Assembly (NCBI GenBank): GCA_031429155.1
Contig: JANOZA010000855.1
Coordinates: forward strand, 1 to 55,760
Source of the DNA: Verrucomicrobiota bacterium
GTDB lineage: Bacteria > Verrucomicrobiota > Verrucomicrobiia > Verrucomicrobiales > V1-33
Length of the DNA: 55,760 bases
Reading direction: 5' to 3'
A program made the translations under genes and the position numbers. Positions 23,901-28,884 of this stretch are shown piece by piece (the first letter of the stretch is position 1; every line of letters begins with the position of its first letter). The notes beneath the pieces were generated by a model. That model was given only the letters and a program-made list of their open reading frames with translations. It made no database searches and had not been told where the DNA came from.

Positions 23901-24440
23901 GGCAACGCCGGCAGTGACACCATCAACGGCTCCGTCACCGGCAATGACCGACTCGCCGAGACCCGCGATGTGGACTTCACCCTCCTCGATTTCTCCGCCA
24001 CTCAGGCTCTGCTCACGGTGAACGGCATCGAGACCGACACCCTTAACAACATTCACTACGCCACCCTCACCGGCGGCGACTCCGCCAACACAATTGATGT
24101 CAGCGAATTCGGCAGCCTCGCCACCGTCGTCACCACCGCCTTCCTCAACGGCATGGGCGGCGATGACACCCTCATCGGCGGCGGCGATGCTGACCTGCTG
24201 CTCGACCATGTCATGAACTTCGACGGCGGCACCGGCGACGACACTTACGTCTTTGATCTCGCGCTCCGTTCTCTCAACACGATCACCGAAGGTGCCGGCG
24301 ACCTGCATGACACCATCATCGGTGCCGGCGGCGGTCTCGTGGACCTCGCCGCCATCGTCTTCCATACGCCGGATGCCATCAACTATCCCTTCTTCCAACT
24401 CAAGTTCACCATCGCCTCCACCGTGGAGCACACGCTATGA
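5982..24440 (+). CDS. Giant (6152 aa) secreted repeat protein: LEPR-XLL N-terminus, unassigned tandem repeats, RTX-type Ca-binding repeats, Calx-beta and SdrD/Cna-B-like modules
   Basis: A single uninterrupted ORF with a GTG start at 5982. The N-terminus [24 protein letters not shown] matches the LEPR-XLL motif seen on PVC-group giant proteins. Many GGxGxDxL/I nonapeptides occur. Calx-beta-like signatures include [28 protein letters not shown] and [38 protein letters not shown] hexamer lies at 5934-5939. Confidence 0.9.
   Translation: [6152 protein letters not shown]
8100..10230 (+). repeat. About six tandem ~115-140 aa coding repeats inside the giant gene (family not recognised)
   Basis: A recurring block reads (E/I)(F/L)NTTG ... 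P(A/G)GPYL(R/K)(V/F) ... (S/T)GNFxFE(K/Q) ... VAVTNxxFxF ... LxSxTxGxGxFI(I/L) ... G(I/M)AGTAS. The GPYL-type anchors sit near nt 8200, 8560, 8935, 9295, 9715 and 10085. Confidence 0.8.
16060..16850 (+). repeat. RTX / hemolysin-type Ca-binding nonapeptide block 1 (coding)
   Basis: [107 protein letters not shown]. Confidence 0.85.
17290..19220 (+). repeat. Array of about five Calx-beta-like modules (coding), flanked by SdrD/Cna-B-like modules at ~16880-17285 and ~19225-19490
   Basis: Each ~105-140 aa module ends in an ...ILD(D/T)D boundary and contains xDYxxxxxxLxFxxGExxKxIxVxIxxDxxxExxExFxVxL. The Cna-B-like segment reads [36 protein letters not shown]...[12 protein letters not shown]. Confidence 0.75.
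20540..24260 (+). repeat. C-terminal ~1240-aa RTX-type or parallel-beta-roll repeat region (coding)
   Basis: Dozens of GxxGNDxLxG units occur, for example [37 protein letters not shown]. They are interleaved with recurring GG(T/V)DTLDFSATS ... spacer modules. Confidence 0.8.
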
Positions 24441-27400
24441 AAACGCACTCAGCCACAGAACCAGGACGGCCCCGCGGCCCCTCGCCGGGCCTGCTGCCAC
24501 GCGCGGCGTGGCTCATCGCTGCCTTCGCGGCACTCTGCTTCGCCGGCAGCGTCCGCGCGCAGGGCGGCAGTCTCATCGTCATTGATAAAATCCTCGCGGC
24601 AGAGGACAACGTGGATGTTTACGATCACGAGGGCGACCTGCCCGCCGTGATTTACATCAAAAACAACGGCACCGGCCCCGCCACCATCTCGAACTTTTCC
24701 CTCACCGATGATCAGCAGGAGCCCAGGAAATGGATTTTCCCTTCCGGTACCATCACCATCACCATCGGAGCCGGCCAGACCCTTCCGGTCTTTGCCTCGG
24801 GAAAGAATCGCCTAACATCGCCCTACGCCACGAACTTCGTCCTGCCCTGCAATTCCACCGGGTACCTTTACAACCCACAGTCAGGGCTCATCTCGCAGAA
24901 GGGAGTCTTCGGTTCCGAATGCCCGGAGTGCTTCGATTTGATCCCCGATACGGTTAACAACGCCTATCTCGTTCCCACCGCCTCCAATCCCCCTCAGACC
25001 GGCACCGACTGGCGGCTCCCGGCATTCAGCGACACCCAGTGGCCCCGCTCCTTTCCGTGCCTCGGCTACGAAAGCGATCCAATCGTGAACAACATGATCC
25101 TCTACTCCACGTTCGACACGCCGGATGTGAATGTCGCTGCCAGGACCATCACCGACGTCAGCGGTCCCGCCGTTTTCCACACCGGCACCTGGCCCGCATC
25201 GGCGGCGGCCTCGAACATCGGCATCCCCATGACCTCGCTGCCGAAGATACTGCAAAACGTAGAGTTCTACGGCATCAACAACGCCAACAGCTACGTGGAG
25301 TATGTGCATAACGCCGAACTCAATCCCCTCACCGCCAGCTATAGTTTCTCCGTCTGGTTTCGCCCCACCAACAACGACATCTCCAATGGTGAGGTCATCT
25401 TCCGCAAAGGCCGCGTCTCCACCACTGACACCACCGGCTTTGTTCTTTCCCGCGGCCCTTCCAACCAGCTTGCCTTCAGCATCTTCACGCCCGGTTCCCC
25501 CAACATCAATGTCACCACCCCGATCAATACTGCCACGCTGAACGCATGGAATCATGCAATGGTCGTCATCACGCGGACCACCACGCACACCGCGAAGATT
25601 TACCACAACGGCATTGAGAGAGCCTCCGGCAACATCCCGGCCGCCCAGTCCGTCACCGGCGGCACCACCGCCCCCAACGCCAATCTTTACCTCGCCCGCG
25701 CCATCTCCGGCGGCGGCCCCGTCAATTTCACCGGCAGAATGGACGACTTCGTTACATGGGGCCGCGCCCTGCCTCCGGCGGAGGTCACCCGCGTGTATGA
25801 CACCGGCAATGCCGGCAAGAAAGTCAATGACCCCACCGCCCCCGGCGGTCCCGGAGTCCTCTTCGCCCCCTGCATCCAGACGAACGTCCAGACCGCCATG
25901 AAGAACGTCAATCCCGGCATCTACCAGCGCCTGCCATTCTTCGTGGCCAATCCTTCCGCCGTCAGTGCCATGACTTTCAAAGTGAAGTATGCCGATGGCT
26001 TCATCGCTTACATCAACGGCGTCGAAATCGCCCGCCGCAACGCGCCCACCAGCGCGGTTTGGAATTCCGCCGCCACCGCCGACAGGCCCGATGCCAGCGC
26101 CATCATCCTCGAAGAAATCCCTGTCCCCCCAGCCGCCATCGCCGCCCTCACCGTGGATGGCCAAAGCATCCTCGCCATCCACGCCATGAACTTCACGGCC
26201 AACCAGGACCGCTTCCTCATCTGCCCGGACCTTTGCTATGAAGAAATGGGCCCCGAAGACTGCTACACCACCACCAGCGGCCGGGACTTCTGGATCACCT
26301 ATCCGGGCAATGCCCCTGACGACACCGCTAATCCACTCCAACTCAGCGTCTGCATCACCGGCAGTTTCGGCACTCAGGTCATCGCCACCATCCCCGGTCT
26401 CGCATGGAGCAGCGGCCTCCTCGCCCTCCCCGCCGGCGGGAGGCTGGACGTCGTCCTGCCCAAAGCCGCCAGCCTCGACAAGAGCGACACCATTGAAAAC
26501 AAAGGCGTCCACATTGTCGCCAGCAAGACCGTCGCCGTGTATGGCAAGACGCGCATAGATTTCTCCACCGACACTTTCGTCGCGCACCAAATCAAGACTC
26601 TGGGCTCCAGCTACATCGTCCTCGGCTGGGGAAACAAGTGGCCCTACGCAGACCTCAACGGCTCGCAGTTCGGCATCGTTGCCACTGCCAACAACACCCA
26701 CGTCACCATCAAGCCCACCGCCACCACCGGCGCGCACATCGCGGGAGTGCCCTATAATTTCATCTTCAACCAGGGCCAGACCTACCTGCTGCGGAATACC
26801 ACCGACGCCGCCGACCTCACCGGCACAGAAATCACCTCCGACAGCCCTGTTGCCGTCTTCGGCGGGCACCGCTGCGCCAATGTGAACGGCGAGGTATTCT
26901 TCTGCGACACCGTGCTGGAGCAGACCCTCCCCGTCGCGCTCTGGAAGACCGAATACTGCGTCGCCCCACTCGCCACCCGCACCAGCGGCACCGAACTCAT
27001 CCGCGTCGTCGCTGCGGAAAACGGCACCACCGTCTCCATCAACGGCGTCGCCCAGCCAACCGTGCTGAACAAGGGTGATAAGCAAAACTACACGCAAGCC
27101 GGCGGTGCCGTCATCACCGCCAACAAAAAAATCCTCGCCGCTCACATGTCCCGCAGTTCCGATGCCGATGGCGTCGTCAATGCCGACCCTTTCCAGATCA
27201 ACGCCCAGCCCAGGACGAGTTGGCTGGCCGGCTACAAATTCTGCACCGCTCCGGCGACTGAATTCGGCACCCATTACGCCAACATCATCGCCCTGAATGG
27301 GGAGATCGCCGGCGTTGCCGTGAATCCCCTGCCGCTGGCCGATACCGGTCCTGTTGCCATCGGAGTCACGGCCTATTCCTACCGTCAGGTCACCCTCGCC

Positions 27401-28195
27401 GCTGGCACCACCTACACCAGCAGCGGACGCACCCACGGCCTGGAAATCTACGGATGGGGCGAATACGACTCCTACGGCCACACCGGCGGCATGGGCTTCG
27501 CCGACAGTCTGCCGCCCACCTTTACCCAGTGCCCGCCGGATATCACCATTTTCACAACTCTCATCCCTGGTGCCGGCGAACGCGCCACTATGCCCGATCT
27601 CGGCGCGCAGTTCGGCGTCACCGACAACTGCTGCCCGCTGACCACCCTTTCGATCGTACAAACTCCCGGACCCGGCACCCTTCTCGCGGTCGGTGACTAC
27701 GTCGTCATCATCCAGGCCACCGACTGCAATCAGAACACCATCACCTGCGTGGTAAATGTTCACGTCCGCACCGACCCCCGCGCCGCCGCCTTCCCCACCC
27801 AGTTCGGCAATCCCGCTCTCGAAGCCACCGTCTGGGGCTGGCAGGCGGATCCTGATGGTGATGGATTGTCCAATGAAGTCGAGGATGCCCTCGGGACCAA
27901 CATGGCTGTGGCTGTGTCCGGCGAGCTTTCTTCCGCGTTGAGCTTTCGTCGCGTCTCTTTTGGCAACGTGGATGGTGTCGAGGTCAGCTACCGCAAACGA
28001 AATAACAATCCGTCCTACGACTACAGCCCCGAAGGCAGCGCTGACCTGAATGGCTGGTTTAGTGGCCTCGGTCATTTCGAAGAAACCTCCATCACCCCCG
28101 ATACCCTCGCTGGCTTTAACCGTGTTCGTGCTTTCAGCCACGACAGTGTTCCTTTCAGCCGCTTCTTCCTGCGCCTGATCATCCGCAGGAACTGA
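24437..28195 (+). CDS. Secreted 1252-aa multidomain protein: lamin-tail-like domain, LamG/ConA-like lectin domain, IgGFc-binding-N-like beta-helix region, HYR domain, thrombospondin-type-3 motif plus C-terminal tail
   Basis: Its ATG (24437) overlaps the giant gene's TGA (24438-24440). Signal peptide: AAWLIAAFAALCFAGSVRAQG. LTD-like: LIVIDKILAAEDNVDVYDHEGDLPAVIYIKNNGTGPATISNFSLTDD. LamG-like: YSFSVWFRPT...GRMDDFVTWGRALPPAEVTRVY. Also GRDFWITYPGN. HYR-like: PPTFTQCPPDITIF...GDYVVIIQATDCNQNTITCVVNVHV. Ca-binding-type motif: DPDGDGLSNEVED. Confidence 0.9.
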   Translation: MKTHSATEPGRPRGPSPGLLPRAAWLIAAFAALCFAGSVRAQGGSLIVIDKILAAEDNVDVYDHEGDLPAVIYIKNNGTGPATISNFSLTDDQQEPRKWIFPSGTITITIGAGQTLPVFASGKNRLTSPYATNFVLPCNSTGYLYNPQSGLISQKGVFGSECPECFDLIPDTVNNAYLVPTASNPPQTGTDWRLPAFSDTQWPRSFPCLGYESDPIVNNMILYSTFDTPDVNVAARTITDVSGPAVFHTGTWPASAAASNIGIPMTSLPKILQNVEFYGINNANSYVEYVHNAELNPLTASYSFSVWFRPTNNDISNGEVIFRKGRVSTTDTTGFVLSRGPSNQLAFSIFTPGSPNINVTTPINTATLNAWNHAMVVITRTTTHTAKIYHNGIERASGNIPAAQSVTGGTTAPNANLYLARAISGGGPVNFTGRMDDFVTWGRALPPAEVTRVYDTGNAGKKVNDPTAPGGPGVLFAPCIQTNVQTAMKNVNPGIYQRLPFFVANPSAVSAMTFKVKYADGFIAYINGVEIARRNAPTSAVWNSAATADRPDASAIILEEIPVPPAAIAALTVDGQSILAIHAMNFTANQDRFLICPDLCYEEMGPEDCYTTTSGRDFWITYPGNAPDDTANPLQLSVCITGSFGTQVIATIPGLAWSSGLLALPAGGRLDVVLPKAASLDKSDTIENKGVHIVASKTVAVYGKTRIDFSTDTFVAHQIKTLGSSYIVLGWGNKWPYADLNGSQFGIVATANNTHVTIKPTATTGAHIAGVPYNFIFNQGQTYLLRNTTDAADLTGTEITSDSPVAVFGGHRCANVNGEVFFCDTVLEQTLPVALWKTEYCVAPLATRTSGTELIRVVAAENGTTVSINGVAQPTVLNKGDKQNYTQAGGAVITANKKILAAHMSRSSDADGVVNADPFQINAQPRTSWLAGYKFCTAPATEFGTHYANIIALNGEIAGVAVNPLPLADTGPVAIGVTAYSYRQVTLAAGTTYTSSGRTHGLEIYGWGEYDSYGHTGGMGFADSLPPTFTQCPPDITIFTTLIPGAGERATMPDLGAQFGVTDNCCPLTTLSIVQTPGPGTLLAVGDYVVIIQATDCNQNTITCVVNVHVRTDPRAAAFPTQFGNPALEATVWGWQADPDGDGLSNEVEDALGTNMAVAVSGELSSALSFRRVSFGNVDGVEVSYRKRNNNPSYDYSPEGSADLNGWFSGLGHFEETSITPDTLAGFNRVRAFSHDSVPFSRFFLRLIIRRN

Positions 28196-28329
28196 TTCCG
28201 AAATTAGTTCCGGCTGCCGCGCTCCAGCCATTGCACTGATTTGCGAACTGGCCAGGGACTCCCGGGCGCTCAAGCCTTCGGCGCTTAGCCGTGACTGGGT
28301 ATTGCCTGGTGCTCGTTTCCCTATTCACT

Positions 28330-28851
28330 ATGTCTCCATTCCTGCTCTTCCGTCATTGTCCTGCCTGTGGAATTGCGCGCGAACCGCTGGCTGCACAACC
28401 TCTCGCGTGTGCCGCATGTGGGTTCACCCTATACCTGAACACCACTTGTGCCGCCGCCGCCTTCTTGCGCAGGCCTGATGGAAAGGTGCTCTTCATCCGG
28501 CGAGCCAAAGAGCCGGCTAAAGGAAAGCTCGCCATCCCCGGCGGATTCGTAGATGCGGGCGAGACGGCAGAGGACGGTCTGCGGCGTGAGTTCATGGAGG
28601 AGGTCGGAATTCGCGTCGCGGACATCGCATTCCTCTGCTCGCAGCCAAATCAATACCACTACAAGGGCCTCACTTATCCCGTGCTCGATTTCTTCTTTAC
28701 TGCCAATGCCACGGGCGGGGAAAAGCCGGAGGCGCTCGACGCCGTCGAGAGCTGCTGCTGGCTCAATCCTGCGGACGTCAATCCGGAGGAGATTGCCTTC
28801 CCCTCAATGGTTCATGCGCTCGCGCTCTATCTGGAGCGGAATTCAGTTTGA
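28330..28851 (+). CDS. NUDIX hydrolase with N-terminal Zn-ribbon (NudC-like architecture)
   Basis: The Nudix box is intact: GGFVDAGETAEDGLRREFMEEVGI (Gx5Ex7REUxEExGU). CPACG...CAACG cysteine pairs lie upstream. ATG at 28330 is preferred; the listed ORF starts at GTG 28291. Confidence 0.85.
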   Translation: MSPFLLFRHCPACGIAREPLAAQPLACAACGFTLYLNTTCAAAAFLRRPDGKVLFIRRAKEPAKGKLAIPGGFVDAGETAEDGLRREFMEEVGIRVADIAFLCSQPNQYHYKGLTYPVLDFFFTANATGGEKPEALDAVESCCWLNPADVNPEEIAFPSMVHALALYLERNSV

Positions 28852-28884
28852 GAGGACTTTTCAGTTTTCAGTCTTTGGTTTTCG

